Shown here: one piece after another, positions 25,389 to 39,390 of the stretch
Layout of the letters: each line of letters starts with the position of its first letter
Position numbering within the stretch: the stretch's first letter is position 1
NCBI RefSeq assembly: GCF_004010195.1
Contig: NC_057752.1
Location: forward strand, 10,075,322-10,136,834
Length of the DNA stretch: 61,513 bases
Reading direction: 5' to 3'
From: Chiloscyllium plagiosum
Lineage: Eukaryota
Notes under the pieces: generated by a model
Databases searched by the model: none
The model's input: the letters and a program-made list of their open reading frames with translations, nothing else
Told to the model about the DNA's origin: nothing
Translations under genes and position numbers: made by a program

Positions 25389-25647
25389 ACAATCAGTCTG
25401 CACTTTTTTCTACTGGGTATAGATTGTTCTTTCTATCATGCTACCACTCTTCCCATCCTTTGTCTTGTGATGTTTTTTTCTTCTTCCCCACTCCCTCCTA
25501 TACCATTGCCAGTCGTCTTCTCTCCTGCTTCTCTCTTGCCTTGCTGCCTTCATTCTTTCATTGGAATGTCTTACACTCATTTCATGCTTCTTTCTCTTCA
25601 TTTTTTTTCCCCCTTCTTCCCCCACCCTGAAACACTCTCGCCCGCAG

Positions 25648-25754
25648 ATACACCTATGAGATTGCACCAGTTTTTGTACTGATGGAGGAAGTGGTGTTGA
25701 AGAAGCTTCGTGCATTTGTTGGATGGGAGTGTGGCGATGGAATCTTTTGCCCAG
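25648..25754 (+). CDS. CSAD: Coding exon 5 ([36 protein letters not shown])
   Basis: CGCAG acceptor, CAG|GTTAGT donor; YTYEIAPVF motif. Confidence 0.95.
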
Positions 25755-25897
25755 GTTAGTGCCACAACTCGAGGAATTTGGCCTACAGTCAGATTGGGTG
25801 TCTTTTTAAATTTTAAATCCCAATTTTTCAATGTTTCTTCTCCCATGTGGATAACATGCCATCCTTGTCCAATGTTCTATGCAGCAAGCTGTGGAAT

Positions 25898-27440
25898 ATA
25901 GGAAGTAGGAGGAGGCGATTTGGCCCCTTTTTAAGTCTGCAGCACCATTTCACATGATGGCTGTCATCTACCTCACTGCCATTTTCCCACACTGTCCCCA
26001 TCGGCCTGTGTATGCCTCAATATGTAAAAAATCTATCCATTTGTGTCTTGTGTGTTCTCTATGACTGAGCTCCCACAATCCTGAGGCAGGGGTTTCCAAA
26101 AATTCTGTACCTGCTGAGTGAAAAAGATTCTCCTTCTCCCTCCTTGGTGAAAGAATCCAAAATCAAATGGCCATTTTATATAAAATTTGCAGTTTGTTGT
26201 GAACGAGCAAAACCGTTCCAAAACGCTTGGTATGTCCAGAGTGTCCCTAAGACCAGAGTTTAGTAGAGATTTAGTGCAAGTGGAAAATAATTCTCCGACT
26301 CCTTCCACCCAATGACTTCAAATCTGTGTCCATTAGTCACTGACTTCCTAAAGAAATTTATGTTCTTCCTATCCAGACCCATTGTGATTTTAATATACCC
26401 TCCATAAGATCCCTCTGCCTCATCTGTTCCAAATGCATAAACCCCAGCCATTCCTGATGACTTCGAGTTCTCTGGTCCTGGTGACATTCTGAAATCTCCC
26501 TTTAACCTCTCGAGTGGATCAGGTCCTTCCTGTAATAGTAACTGGCCTACAATGACTTTCTCCCTTCCTCTTTTCTTGGTTGAATCCAGGAAATTTTAGC
26601 AAGCCATAACCAGTGCCTCTACAAATGAGAAGCTGGAGTAGGCCACCCAAACCTGCTCCACTAGTCAATAAGATCATGACTGATCTGATCAATCCATGTT
26701 CCTGCATACTTCCAATAACTTTTTTTTTCACTTTTTTTTTCCCCTCCCCTTCTTACCAAGAACCCATCCACCCCTGTCTTTCAAAATATTTGAAGATTCT
26801 CTTCCTCAGAAGCTGGTGGAAGTAGAGAGCGAAGTCTTCTGAGGACAAAATAATATTCTTATCCGTCTTAAATGGGCAATCCCTTTATTTTTAACCCTGT
26901 GATACCTGAGCTCTAGTTTCTCCCACAAGAGGAAATATCCTCTTCACTTTCACCCTCTCAAGACTCCTGAGGATAAGGTCCACTAGCTCTACAGCTTCCA
27001 CCTTTTGTTGTGGGTTCCCTTGCTTTGTTTGCCCTCCCCTAGCTGCATTAGTTTCTGCTTCTCTGGATTGAATTCCAATGGCCACTTTTCTCTCCACCTT
27101 TCATTGATGTCTTCCTCCAGTTGATAGCTTTCTCCTTTGCTATTAACCATGCAGTCAATTTTTGTTGCATTCGGAAACACATCTACACATAATGATTAGA
27201 GATTTAAGTGGAGGTGATATGAAGAAGGACTAATTATCCTTTTGGTTCCTTTAGCTGAGCCTGCCTTGAATCTAACTTTCACTTGAATTGCTTGAGCTAT
27301 TCACTTTCTGAACTGTCTGCCATGTATGCTCTTGTCAAAAACCTTAGTAAAATCCATACAGCTGACAGAAAACATGTGAACCTTATCAACCATCCTTGTT
27401 TTTGCCCTTTAAAATGTTAAGTTCAATTAGTCAGACACCA
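25898..27440 (-). mobile_element. Cluster of old CR1 LINE fragments
   Basis: Minus-strand remnants FFTQQVQNFWKPLP and LEEDINE..EKWPLEFNPEK. Confidence 0.6.
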
Positions 27441-28233
27441 CCTTTCCTCTGTCTCCAAATGATTTCTGCTGCCTGTAGTTTGCCATGACAGAATTTTTAG
27501 GTTGACTGGCCTATGATTCCTTCCTCCCTTGTGTTACAGTCCTCTCTGGCACTGTGCCCATGTTGGACAATGGTCAGTTACTTCCTCCCCCTCTTTTTAG
27601 CAGTCTGGGATACATTTTAAGTGTGGGACTAGAGGTTCATCCATGTTCAAAGATCCACAACTTTTTTTTTGATGCTTCCCACCTCACTATGCTATTTATT
27701 ATTTCACACTTGCTGCTAACCAAGTCTGCTTTGTCCCCTCCATTGTGAACTTGGACTAGTCGTGAAGAGCCTTACTCACATCATCCACAAGTGTGTTTTG
27801 GTCCCTAATGGGCTCTACCATTGCCTTTAGTTCTCATCCTGAACTTTTGTTATACCTCACTGGGGCAGTGCACTGGAAGTTAAGCCTTGCCATTTCTGGA
27901 GTTGCCACTAAAGTTAAAGTTAATAGAAAATATTGTATGTACATCTATGAAAAGAAATGTGGGTATGGGCAGAGGAAAGACTGGGAAAGCAGTTCAGTGC
28001 TAGGTTTGCTGAAATGGTTCTTGCGCTGATTAGAACGCTACTTCTTTATCTTCCTTCTCCAATACTTCCTCTTGTTTGTATGAGGTACAGAGTAGCTACT
28101 TCCCACTTGTTAAAGATCTTTTGATGTACCAGTTAAAAGTTACAGCTTGCAGCAATTGGGAAGGGAAAAGAAATTGACAGTCTTCAGGCATGAGGATGGA
28201 TTTCTTCTTAACAGTTCCTAAAACACAGCTCTA

Positions 28234-28910
28234 TGGTTTATGGACCAGGCCAGACCACCTCAAAACATTTCAAGAAAGTAGCCCAGACCCTAACTTTGCT
28301 CATTGTTTTAAGCAGGTGTAACGCAGATATTACAGGAGGGATGCTGCTGGTCAAACCACTTAGTTTCAAACAATACAGAAATTTATTTACAAGATTACCA
28401 AATGAAATACCAACAAAAGAGAACAGAATATAGAATAACTTAATCTATCTGAAATCCGAATAGATTATCCCAACTTAATTATGCTGTTCCCAATACTTGT
28501 ATCAATCCCCATAAACACCCCTTGGCCCAAAAGATAAGATCAAACACGGGGGAGGGAGGGGGAGGCGGAGATTGTGAGATTCAGCATGAACACTACCTTC
28601 CATGTAGCTGTTTCCTGGATCAGCAGCCTCAAACTGACTGCCTGCTTTGTGAACAGCCAAACTCCTGAAACCAAACCAAACCAGAGACAAGCTGAGCTGG
28701 GAGAACTGGCCACTTTCCTTTAGTTGTGCAAGTGTTTTTTTTTTTAAAAACTCGAGCCTTTTGTGTGAGGCAATATCTGTTAGTTATAATCAAACTGGCC
28801 CTAAAAACCATCCAAGCCAGACTTTTCGGAATCGCTGCTTTTATAACCTCTCTGGAGAGGGAAAAAACCCCAAGGACAGCATAACCTTGTTAAAGGAGCA
28901 GTATCATCAC
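28234..28910. mobile_element. LTR-like repeat, near full length
   Basis: Homologous to 20205-20632; ends ..TCACA; no TSD confirmed. Confidence 0.55.
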
Positions 28911-29000
28911 AACTCTCTTTAGAGTTTTGTAACAGTGATTAGAGAAATTGGTAACGGTGAATTTATTAACAATATTTTGGAATGATTCTTCTATCCACAG

Positions 29001-29116
29001 GAGGCTCCATGTCCAATATGTACGCTATGAATTTGGCCAGGTACAAGCTCTTCCCTGAAATTAAAAAATGTGGCCTATGGGAGATGCCGAGATTGGCCGT
29101 CTTCACCTCTGAAGAA
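29001..29116 (+). CDS. CSAD: Coding exon 6 (GSMSNMYAMNLARYKLFPEIKKCGLWEMPRLAVFTSEE)
   Basis: CCACAG acceptor, GAA|GTGAGT donor; GGSxSN PLP-binding motif. Confidence 0.95.
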
Positions 29117-31100
29117 GTGAGTTCTTTAGGGATTGACTTGTAGCTTGGTCTGTTTCTATGGCCTTTTTTAAAACAAAAAATGAAATGATTTTTGTCATTT
29201 AATTAGCCTCTGAAATAAATCTTTGTTTTCTCCTTAACATTCCTTCTTGCAGTCTGCAACCTAAACCTCTCCAGAACTTTAATACTGTTCCACCCCTGGA
29301 AAAAGCCTCACTCGCCTCCATCTTGAGTGCGTGATGTCTTTCTCACAATATTTTGTTTTGTCTATATCTCTCCTATCTTGCACTGTAAGCTGAGTAAGTC
29401 CCCTGAGCTGTACTATCAATATGATCTTGGCTGATCTACTACATTAACTTCACTTTGTCTCCCCTTCAAATTGTTACATGTCATGAGTGACCAATGATCT
29501 CAACCTTGAATATATTCTATAATGGAGCATTTACAATCCCAGGGGATAGACCAATCCAAAAATTCACAACCCTTTTGAGTGAAGATATTTGTCTTGATCT
29601 CAGTCCTCAGTGAGTGCCTTTTTCTCAATCCCCCTGTTCAGTGATGTTATTACAAATCTCTGGAGCAGGTGGAACTTCTTCCTCTGGCACCCTTGATGCA
29701 TAGCTCCAGTAACAACCCAGTTTACATCTCTACTTTGGACTAGAGCTTCTTCAGCTCTCCTCAAATGTCATTCTGAGTTCCATTGTGGATCTGCTCCCTC
29801 CTGCTCTAAGCCTGCCCGATTCCAGCAATGAAGTGCATTCCTTTTGTGCTGGTAGCTGGCAAATTACAGCTTCTCATTGCTGAAGTGGTGATCAGTACCT
29901 GTCTCCCTGATAGCATCTCCTCCATTTTTGTCTGTGTCTGTGTCTCCTCCTACCGATCAAAGTTATGTGCTGTCCCTCATCGCAGCCAACTGTAAGTTTT
30001 CTATTGCACCCAATGGGTGTGACTGCCTTCTAAAACAACTGTCCAGATATGTCTTCCATTAACACCGTGCCTGATGTCCCACAGTATCTGCAAATTATAT
30101 TCTAGCTCAGCAACTCTGAGCCCAAATTTCCTTGGCTACAGGCCTCCTCAGTAGATAGGCGGTCATGCTTTCCACAAATTTTGTGATGTTCCACTTATGG
30201 TACACCAACTGATGTCTATCAATTGATTTTTATTGATTAAATAGCTTTTAATTCAGTGAAGTATACCAAACGTTTTTTTACCAACACCTTTGAGTTGGTA
30301 TGCTTGATAACCCAACACAAATTATATGCCTCAAATACCCTGAAGTGTTCTATATTGTTTTCTGTCCAATTATGATAGTGTTTTTAAAAATATTTACCTC
30401 AATGCAATCAAACTTGTTCAATCGAATGGCCACATGAAATATCGACAGGTTTGTCAATTTTTCCTCAAATACTGCAATCTACTGCGACATCCAAGTAGTC
30501 AGTTGAGGTGCAACTGAGAAGGCTCTCTGCTGGTAAGTATCTTATAACAATGCAATGCCTGAAAGCAAAAAGTATAACTGTATACCCTCTGCATTAAATT
30601 TATTTGTTTTTACATTGTTTATGTGGATCTTGTGATTATCTGGAATATTTGACCAATTGGCGCGCTCCTCGTCCCATATGTGCCAAATAATTTTACTGCA
30701 ATATCCAGTTCACTTCCTAGATTAGAGATAAGCCCCCTTTAGCTGCTCCAAGTGTTTTGAATAGGAATACAAAGCAACCCCTCTCTCGCTTTGCATCAAA
30801 TTCCTGACGTTTTTTCCCTTTTTACAAAACTCTTTTAATCAGTCCCTGTTCTTCTTCCTTCTGAATTTTTGAAGGATAGCCCTCCCTTCTTTTAGAATAT
30901 CTTGGGCAAAGTGCCCTGCACCTCAGTGAACACTGCACAGCCTTCCTTCACCAAGGTTTGTTCTCTAATCAGCCTCTGATCTCCTCCAATGACCTTTTTT
31001 TTTGCCATTAATATTCCTTTTAGAAGACCTTTTTTGTTTTATGCCATCATGCTGAAAACTGCATAAAATAATGAACTGGTATGATTTCCTTCATTCCCAG

Positions 31101-31180
31101 TGCCATTATTCTGTGACTAAAGGAGCTGCATTCCAGGGTCTGGGTACAGACAATGTCTATTTGGTAAAAGCTGATCAACG
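31101..31180 (+). CDS. CSAD: Coding exon 7 (CHYSVTKGAAFQGLGTDNVYLVKADQR)
   Basis: CCCAG acceptor, CG|GTGAGT donor; HYS motif. Confidence 0.95.
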
Positions 31181-31744
31181 GTGAGTCACTGGTGTGGTGT
31201 TAGCTTTTAAGTAACTATATCCCTCCTAAGGATCTAAACAAGAACTTGTACGTTTTACACAAAAATGTCTCAAAGCATTTCTCAGAAGTGCTATAGCTCT
31301 CGGAGAAAGAAAATATCAGGAGAAATGACTTGCAGCTTGGTCAAAGGGAAGCCATCTCCTTCCGGGATTGATTTCTCTTAGGATCTCTTTGTGGAGCTCC
31401 TTCCATATGTTTTAAAACCAAAATTTGGTGGTTGTCGTCGTCGTCCCTCCCTCCCTTCCTCCCCCGCCACAACCTTGGTGTTCTCCTGCACTGCTGTGCT
31501 ATTCCCAACTTCTACTTTTTTTTTTGTTTTTCTGGGGATGTGTCCCAAGCTCCAAACTTCAGTGGGTCTTTCATTACCTGCTGAAGTCTGACTGCAACAG
31601 AACACTTGAAACCACCATGCTCATTGCAAATTTAAGATTTTGTTAGGAAGTCTCCTGTACTGTACTCTTACAGAGATGACCTATTCCTTTTTCAAGTGGT
31701 CTCATGAAGAAAAGTTCAATAGGAAGGTGAGAGACAGACAGTTA

Positions 31745-32052
31745 TGTGATGGTAATATCACTGGTCTAGTAATCCAGAGGCCCAGACTAATGCTCTTCAA
31801 ATACCATCATGACTGCTAATGGATTTTAAATTTCTATAATTAAAGGTTACTCTGATAGTTGTCACCAACTATCACCAAGTATTGTAAAAACGCAGCTTGG
31901 TACTCATTTCCTTTTGGGAAGGAAATCTGCCATCCTTACCTGGTCTGGCCTACATGTGATTCCAGTCCTACAGCAATGAGGTTGACTGTTAACTTCCCTC
32001 TGAAATGTTCTAACAAGCCATTCTGTTCAAAGGCTTTTGGGAGCGGGCAATA
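31745..32052 (+). mobile_element. SINE (reverse copies at about 15470-15810, 23540-23660 and 51070-51300)
   Basis: GGAAGGAAATCTGCCATCCTTACCTGGTCTGGCCTACATGTGA body recurs in the window; tail resembles the LINE tail at about 1355-1400. Confidence 0.6.
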
Positions 32053-32812
32053 GCGTGTGTGTGTCTGTGTCAAGGGCTTAAGCATCAGAATCTGCAAATC
32101 AGTGAGGGAGTGTCATATTTCCAGGGGTACCACCTTTCAGACCTACAATGAGGTTGCAGCCTCCATCTCTTGCTGGTTTATGTAGAAGATTACTGTTTTG
32201 AGCAAGGGAGGCCTCCCATGACATTGCGCACAATGTTCATCCCTCCATCAGCAGCACGTATGCATTATCTGGTCCTTGTCTAAATAGTTATTTGTCCTCC
32301 ATTCCCTTTTGAGGGCAGAATGGGACCTTGGCTTCATGTCCCATGTGAACGATTGAATCTGACAACAATGCACCAGAATAACAGCATAGATTGTGTGCTC
32401 CAGATTCCAAAATGGTTCTTAAACACAATGACTTGTGAAGGCATGTGTGCTATCTACGGAGTCTTGTCTTGTATCTCTAACTATTTCATTTGAGGAAATG
32501 GCGTGTTATGCAATGTTTACTCCAGTACTTTTAGTATTGTCATTTGGTAGTACAAATTAGAGTATTGCTTGGAATAAATCCACTTTTTTTTTGTCTTGCA
32601 TGTGTCAAGACACTTGTGACAATGCCAAGGTGATGGAAGAACATCTTATACTGTTTGAGAAGAGTGGTTGGTTGGAAATTGGACTCTGGTAGAGATGATT
32701 GGGAGACTGTGTACCTGTTAATGCTGGCTCACTGTTACCCGCTAAGCTTGTTGGTGTGGGAGGTCTGTATCATTCTTTAAAAATGTTTTTTCATGTGTTA
32801 ACATTTGAATAG

Positions 32813-32867
32813 GGGCAAGATGATTCCAGAAGAACTGGAAAAGCAGATTTCTGCAGCCAAGTCCAAG
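32813..32867 (+). CDS. CSAD: Coding exon 8 (GKMIPEELEKQISAAKSK)
   Basis: AATAG acceptor, AAG|GTATGT donor; GKMIP motif. Confidence 0.93.
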
Positions 32868-34148
32868 GTATGTACCACTTGCATTAAATGGGCAATGCTA
32901 GTTTGTTTTGTTTTGGTGTCTTGATTTCTCCCTGCCCCATTTTCCCCTGTTTCCTGACATCTGGGTTCCACATATCTTGCCCAATTAGTCCAACTCATTG
33001 GGTGAATGTAGAGGGAATTCTGTCCCACCCATGAGCATTGAAGCCAGTAGTGATAACCCTATGACTCCAGCACAGACTAGGGGACATGATTATGTGGGAC
33101 CCTGAATTGCAGAGTTCTCCTTCTGTAATCTTATGAAGATGTGGGTGTACTGCAGTTTTAAGAGTAAAAGCTAGCAGTGACGGCACAAAGTGTTCTCAAA
33201 TAAGATAGAATGGAAATATGTGGTTCAGCTACTGGGGTAGCTAGTTGCCTGGAGACCGAAACAGATTTGAATTAGGCCAATCAGTTTAAATATACCCCAA
33301 AACAAACACTAACTCTAATCCAGTTTGGATTTGGTATATTGGCCATCTTTTAAAAGCCAATGACGCCAATCTGATGCTTTGGGGGGGGGGGGGGGTATAA
33401 CACTAGGGTAAATTGAACAGTTGGGAGGAGAACTGCCAAGCCAATGACATCTGCACACTGTCCAGAAAAATAGCTCTTAAAGGTATCTTTTATCGATCAG
33501 TAACCTGTGAAGGAGAATCCCCAAGAAGAAAAGACGACAGGAATACGGAGAAAACTGAAAGCTGCCTGGTTTTGAGAAGAAACTTTTTTTATTTTGTAAA
33601 TCTTTTAATCAGGGGTTTTATCGGGCTAGTATTGTAGAAGGGGGAAGGTAAAAGATAGGTGAGAGGAAGGAGTTGTAAACACTAATTATTCTCTGTTATA
33701 CATTCAGAAACTTGTTAATTTTTACTTCTTTGTCTCTTGAATTTTCACAGGTTATTGTATGAGAAAAATCTTGTTGCTGGTTTAAATTAAGCAGGAGAGT
33801 TTACCCTGTGTCATAATAGTTACAATTGAACAAATTTCCTCTTCAGTGGCATTTTTATTCTTTCTGTTAATCCATGTTTTCTGATGTCCAGTGGGAGTTT
33901 ACCACAGATGATTGGAGTGCGGAGACTCTGAGGCGCTGACATCAATGATTAGTAGGGCTCCTATAGCGACCACTGAAACATGACTTGCGCTCTGTGGGTG
34001 GGCGGTTTTTATGTCCAGCTGTTTCTCTGGTATTATGAAATTCACCCAGCCACGTTAGTGGGGGACACTACAGTTGCAGGGACCCCTGTGTTTGACAAGC
34101 CACTGCTACTCTAAGGCAACTCACCCAATACTCTTTTTCTGGTTTTAG

Positions 34149-34265
34149 GGAGCAGTTCCATTCCTTGTGAGTGCTACAGCTGGAACAACTGTCTTTGGAG
34201 CATTTGATCCCCTGCCGGAAATTGCTGATGTCTGTGAAAATTATGGAATCTGGCTTCATGTTGAT
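34149..34265 (+). CDS. CSAD: Coding exon 9 ([39 protein letters not shown])
   Basis: TTTTAG acceptor, GAT|GTAAGT donor; GTTxxGAFD and WLHVD motifs. Confidence 0.95.
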
Positions 34266-36194
34266 GTAAGTTGGATGATGGATCCAGTGATTATAGCTGG
34301 ATGATCATTCAATATTTCTGGTATTTGAGTGAATTTTGAACAGTCATGTTCTCTGTCTGATCAGCCTGATATTTACCAGTTGTCTTTTGTCAGGGGTCTT
34401 TGACCAAATCTCCTGGGTGAGGGGAGTTCGTGGGTTTTGCTCCATAAATGTTGCCAGCAAAATCAATTTGTGGATTTTTCAGTTGGAAGTAATGGGAAAA
34501 TAGAGCCTCTGCCTAAGTAAGGGGGACAAATAGATGCCAGGATAATGTATTATTGACTTGACATCTAAGGAGCATTGGGCACAAGTAGTGGGCATGCACT
34601 CTTGGCCATTAAGTGTTGCAATAGGGCGCAGTAGCTGTGGGATGTGGCAGACATTAAAGGTTTAACTGGCTGATTTTTGCCTATTGCGAGAATGAAAGCA
34701 ATAAGTGCAAACCTCTCCCCGACCTAAAAAATGTTTGGCTGGCACTTCTACTTAAGCTCTTGTGCGGCTGCTGCAATGATTTTCCTTCTTACTCCCCTGT
34801 CCCCATAACTCGAGCAAATATTTCTTTGCCCATACTTTTAGATCCATTGCAACTGCCTCAGTGAAGTCTTTTTGCTAATGCAAGGCTTAAAATGTTCTAA
34901 AGCTCTACAACCTTCACACTTGCTGATCTCTCTATTGACTTCGTATACACTTACTACTTCAGCTGCATCTTTTGAGCAGAATATGGAGGTTGTGATCAAA
35001 TTATCCATGTAACTTGAAGACTCTGCTATATTTCTCTCCAGTTGTCGTCCTCTGATGCCATTAATACTTAGCTAACACTGAGAAACTTCTTTGCAAATTT
35101 TCTGAAGAAACTTCTGCTTTAGTCTGGGGTGGACTGGTTGAGGAATGCTAATATGGATCGACTGAAGATCCACTGGTTTGTTTTTTCTCCAAAAATAATT
35201 GTAGCTGTATGCTCAAAATATTTCTGATCAACCTATTGAGATGTCTCTCTTTGACATGAGTCTTTCAACCCAGGCCTTCTAGTCCAGAGGTTGAACGAGT
35301 CTAAATTTTATTTCTGTCTATTTCATAAAAAGGTTTACTCATAGCATAGAAACTGGCAGTACTCTGAAACTGCAGTACGCCATTTCATATGGAATTGCAA
35401 CTTGTGTTGTTTATTACCTGCTTTATTTTTTTTTTTACTGCTTTCATAATCTTTAATCTTGCATTGATCAGCACTACTTGGTGAATAAAGGAATACTTTA
35501 AACAATTTGTTCTGCAGCCTTGAGTTGAAGTGCAGGTACTCTCCAAACTTACACCTAACCCAACAGCTGCAGTTTTGGTCTGTCTGCTCAGTCAAGAGGT
35601 ATAAGCAACAACTTGAACCAAAGGCTCTATTTATTTGAATTTGAATATTTAAAACTCTGGGAGGATATCAGTGCCATTGGCTGGGCCCATCCCTCATTGC
35701 TGTTCAGAAGGTTGTGCTGAGCTGTCTTCAGATATGCCCACTATACTGGTAGGGAGGGAGTCTCAGAATGTTGACTGACTGGGAGCCAACAGTGGTTCAT
35801 TGGATGCTGGTGTGGCTTGCTGCGCCAGTGTTTAATTCCCTAGCTGCCTTTGAGAGGGTAATGTGATGCTGCCTTGAACCACTACAGTCCATGTCTTGTA
35901 GCTGGACCCACAATGCCTTTCAGGAGGCAATATCAGGATCTTGACCCACCAACAGTGAAGGATATTTCAGTCAGGTTGGTGAGTGACTTGGAAGGGAGCT
36001 TGCAGATGGCAGTGTTCCTATCTATCTGTTGCCCTTTTCCTTTTTAACATGGTGGTTACCGTGAGTCTGAAAGGTGCTGTTTCAGGATTTAGTTCCAAGC
36101 AAACCAGTCCTGTTGACCTTGTAAAGTGCTTCTTACTAACATTTTGGAGGCTAGTGCATCATTGGGAGAACTGTCTAAAACTTTGTATCATCGA

Positions 36195-37600
36195 TAGTCA
36201 CAGGTAAGGTGCCGGAAGACTGGAGGTTGGCTAACATGGTGCCACTGTTTGCTTAAGAAAGGTGGTAAGGACAAGCCAGGGAACTATAGACCAGTGAGCC
36301 TGATGGTGGTCGGCAAGTTGTTGGAGGGAATCCAGAGGGACAGGATGTGCATGTATTTGGAAAGGCAAGGACTGATTAGGGGTCGTCAACATGGCTTTGT
36401 TTGTGGGAAATCATGTCTCAAACTTGATTGTTCCTACTTCAAAGAAACTGAGGATTGATGAGGACAGAGCATTAGATGTGATCTATGTAGACTTCAGTAA
36501 GGTGTTTGATAAGGTTCCCCATGGGAGACTGGTTAGCTAGATTAGATCTCACTGAATACAGGGAGAACTAGCCATTTGGATACAGAACAGGCTCAAAGGT
36601 AGAAGGCAGAGGGTGGTGGTGGAGGCCTGTGACCAGTGGCGTGACAGTGGTGCAGGGTTCACTACTTTTTGTCATTTATCCAAAATGATTTGGATGTGAG
36701 AATAGGAGGTACAGTTAGTAAGTTTGCAGATGACACCAAAATTGGGGGTGTAGTGGACAGTGAAGGAGGTTACCTCACACTACAACAGGATCCTGATCAG
36801 ATGGGCCAATGGGCTGAGGAGTGGCAGATGGAGTTTAATTCAGATAAATGCGAGGTGTTGCATTTTGGGAAAGCAAATCTTAGCAGGACTTATACACTTA
36901 ATGGGAAGGTCCTGGGGAGTGTTGCTGAACAAAGAGACCTTGGAGTGCAGGTTCATAGCTCCTTGAAAGTGTCCCAGGAAAGTGAAGAAGGTGTTACTGA
37001 GTACAGGAGTTTGGGGGGGGGTCATGTTGCGGCTGTACAGGACATTGGTTAGGCCACTGTTGGAATATTGCGTGCAATTCTGGTCTCCTCCCTATCTGAA
37101 AGATGTTGTGAAACTTTAAAGGGTTCAGAAAAGATTTACAAGGATGTTGCCAGGGTTGGAGGATTTGAGCTATAGGGAGAGGCTGAACAGGCTGGGGCTG
37201 TTTTCCCTGGAGCATCAGAGGCTGAGGGGTGACCTTTATAGAAGTTTATAAAATTACGAGGGGCATGGATAGGATAAATAGACACGGTCTTTTCTCTGGG
37301 GTGGGTGAGTCCAGAACGAGAGGGTTTAGGGTGAGGGGAAAGATATAAAAGAGACCTAAGGGGCAACTTTTTCACGCAGAGAGTGCTACATGTATGGAAT
37401 GAGCTGCCAGAGGAAGTGGTGGAAGCAGGTACAATTGCAACATTTAAGAGGCATTTGGATGGGTATATGAATAGGAAGGGTTTGGAGGGATATGGGCCGG
37501 GTGCTGGCAGGTGGGACTAGATTGGGTTGGGATATCTGGTCAGCATAGATGAGTTGGACCGAAGGGTCTATTTCCCTGCTGTACATCTCTGACTCTAGTC
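36195..37600 (+). mobile_element. CR1 LINE, RT domain to 3' tail, degenerate
   Basis: KKGGKDKPGNYRPVSL, QHGF and KFADDTKIGG; frameshifts. Confidence 0.92.
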
Positions 37601-37651
37601 AAGCAACAGCCTGATATTTTCTCCTACGATGTGACTGAGGACTGGAGATCA

Positions 37652-37803
37652 GTCGAGTGTGGTGCTGGAAAAGCACAGCTGGTCAGGTAGCGTCCGAGGA
37701 GCAGGAGAAGAGCTGATGAAGGGCTTGTACCTGAAATGTTGACTCTCATGCTCCTCGGATGCTGCCTGACCGGCTGTGCTTTTCTAGCACCACACTTTTT
37801 GAC
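37652..37803. mobile_element. Fold-back Penelope-derived element with central hammerhead motif
   Basis: Inverted arms 37656-37796; CTGATGAAGGGCTTGTACCTGAAA at 37713. Confidence 0.7.
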
Positions 37804-38212
37804 AATGTTTGTTTGAGACACTATCGTCACCATAATAAAACAAAGCACCGTGGATGTTGGAAATCTGAAATGAAAACAAATTGTTGTCCGAGATTGACAT
37901 CCTTCTACATAGGCAGGAGTGTCTGCAATACCTTAACTCTGACAAAGGGTCACTGGACTCGACGTTACCTGTGTTCTTCTCTCTGCAGATGCTGCCAGAC
38001 CTGTTTAGTTCTCCAGCATTTTCTTTTTGTTTCAAACTTGCAGCGTCTGCAGTTCTTTGTTTTAATCTTAATTGTGTCACTGGTTACCTTGAAAGATGTG
38101 GTTTGATCCTATCCCTTGTCCAGCTGCCCAGAGTGTGAATGCCTTTTAATGTAGTGCTCTTGCCTTTTGCTGTTTCTCACTCTCCTCCCCCTCTCTCTCC
38201 CCATCTTCATAG

Positions 38213-38277
38213 GCAGCCTGGGGTGGAAGTGCCCTCGTCTCCAGGAAACATCGGGATTTGCTGACTGGAATCGAGAG
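38213..38277 (+). CDS. CSAD: Coding exon 10 (AAWGGSALVSRKHRDLLTGIER)
   Basis: Long pyrimidine tract with CATAG acceptor, AG|GTGTGA donor. Confidence 0.93.
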
Positions 38278-38744
38278 GTGTGAACTGTAATTCTGTACTT
38301 TCTACACTGTTTCTGTTTTCTAAAGGGTACGTTTATTAAAAGATGCCAGCACATTAATGGGCATTCTTATGTCCAAGATTTGATTTTTGTTATAGTCTTT
38401 TCACTTAAGAGCATGTTACCATTAGTTTGTGGGCAGGGCTAACTGCTCAATGAGAAGTCATGTTCTTGTACTGTTTGATCTTTAAACATTTTTAAGACCG
38501 CGTTGCTTTCTGATGAGCAAATGATTTGTGATGGTCAGTGATAATTAGTGTTTATCGCCACATGGCTAAAATACTGTTTGTTTACTTTTTAAACAGATGT
38601 CAGGCATGCCATTTATTTTATGCTCCTATCCCTTGAGACTGTGGTGAAAAGATATTCAATGGCTTGGATACATAGTGACTTTTTTTAAACGTTCAGGTTT
38701 TTTGCATAATTGCCTGGATTTGGAAGTGAAGTGTGGTTAGGACT

Positions 38745-39390
38745 TTGCAGATTGTTGAATCCAAGGTAGACCAGCAGGAGGCTGGAAGAACACAGCAAGA
38801 CAGACAGTATGAGGAGGTGAAGTCAATGTTTCGGGTGTAACCCTTGAGGACTGTTTAGGGGGTGTGGGAGGTGGTGCTGTGAGATGGTGAGGTAGGGATA
38901 GGTGAACATAAGTAGAGGGTATGACCTGGTTGGTGGATGGGAGGAATGAATCCAGTTGGTAGCTGGAAGGGTAAGTCAGAGGTATGGAAGGGAGGGGGAG
39001 GTGTCGGAAGTTGGGAAGGGAGGGTATTTGAAATTGGAGCCCTCCATGTTGAGTCCTCCAAGCTGTAGGCTGCCCAGGTGGAAGATGAGGCGGTGTTCCT
39101 CCAATTTGTGGTCTGATTCATTGTGGCAATGGAGGAAGCCCAGGATGGTCGTGTCGGAAAGAGTGGGAAGGCAAATTAAAATGGGCAGTGACTGGGAGGT
39201 CAGGTCGGCCCTTGCGGGCCTGGTTGAGATGCTTGGTGAAACGTGCCCTGAGTTTACGTTTGGTCTCACTGATTTGTAGAGAAGACCACATCGGGAGCAC
39301 CTGATGCAATCAACTAGGTTGGAAGAGAGTCAGGTGAACCTCTATCTTACCTGGAAGGACTGTTTGGGGCCCTGGATGGTGTTGAGGGGG
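38745..39390 (-). mobile_element. Penelope-like element 3' fragment with GIY-YIG endonuclease remnant
   Basis: Minus-strand ISETKRKLRARFTKHL..PVTAHFN and KLEEHRLIFHLGSLQLGGLN; downstream decayed AAGGGTTACACCCGAAACATT motif. Confidence 0.8.
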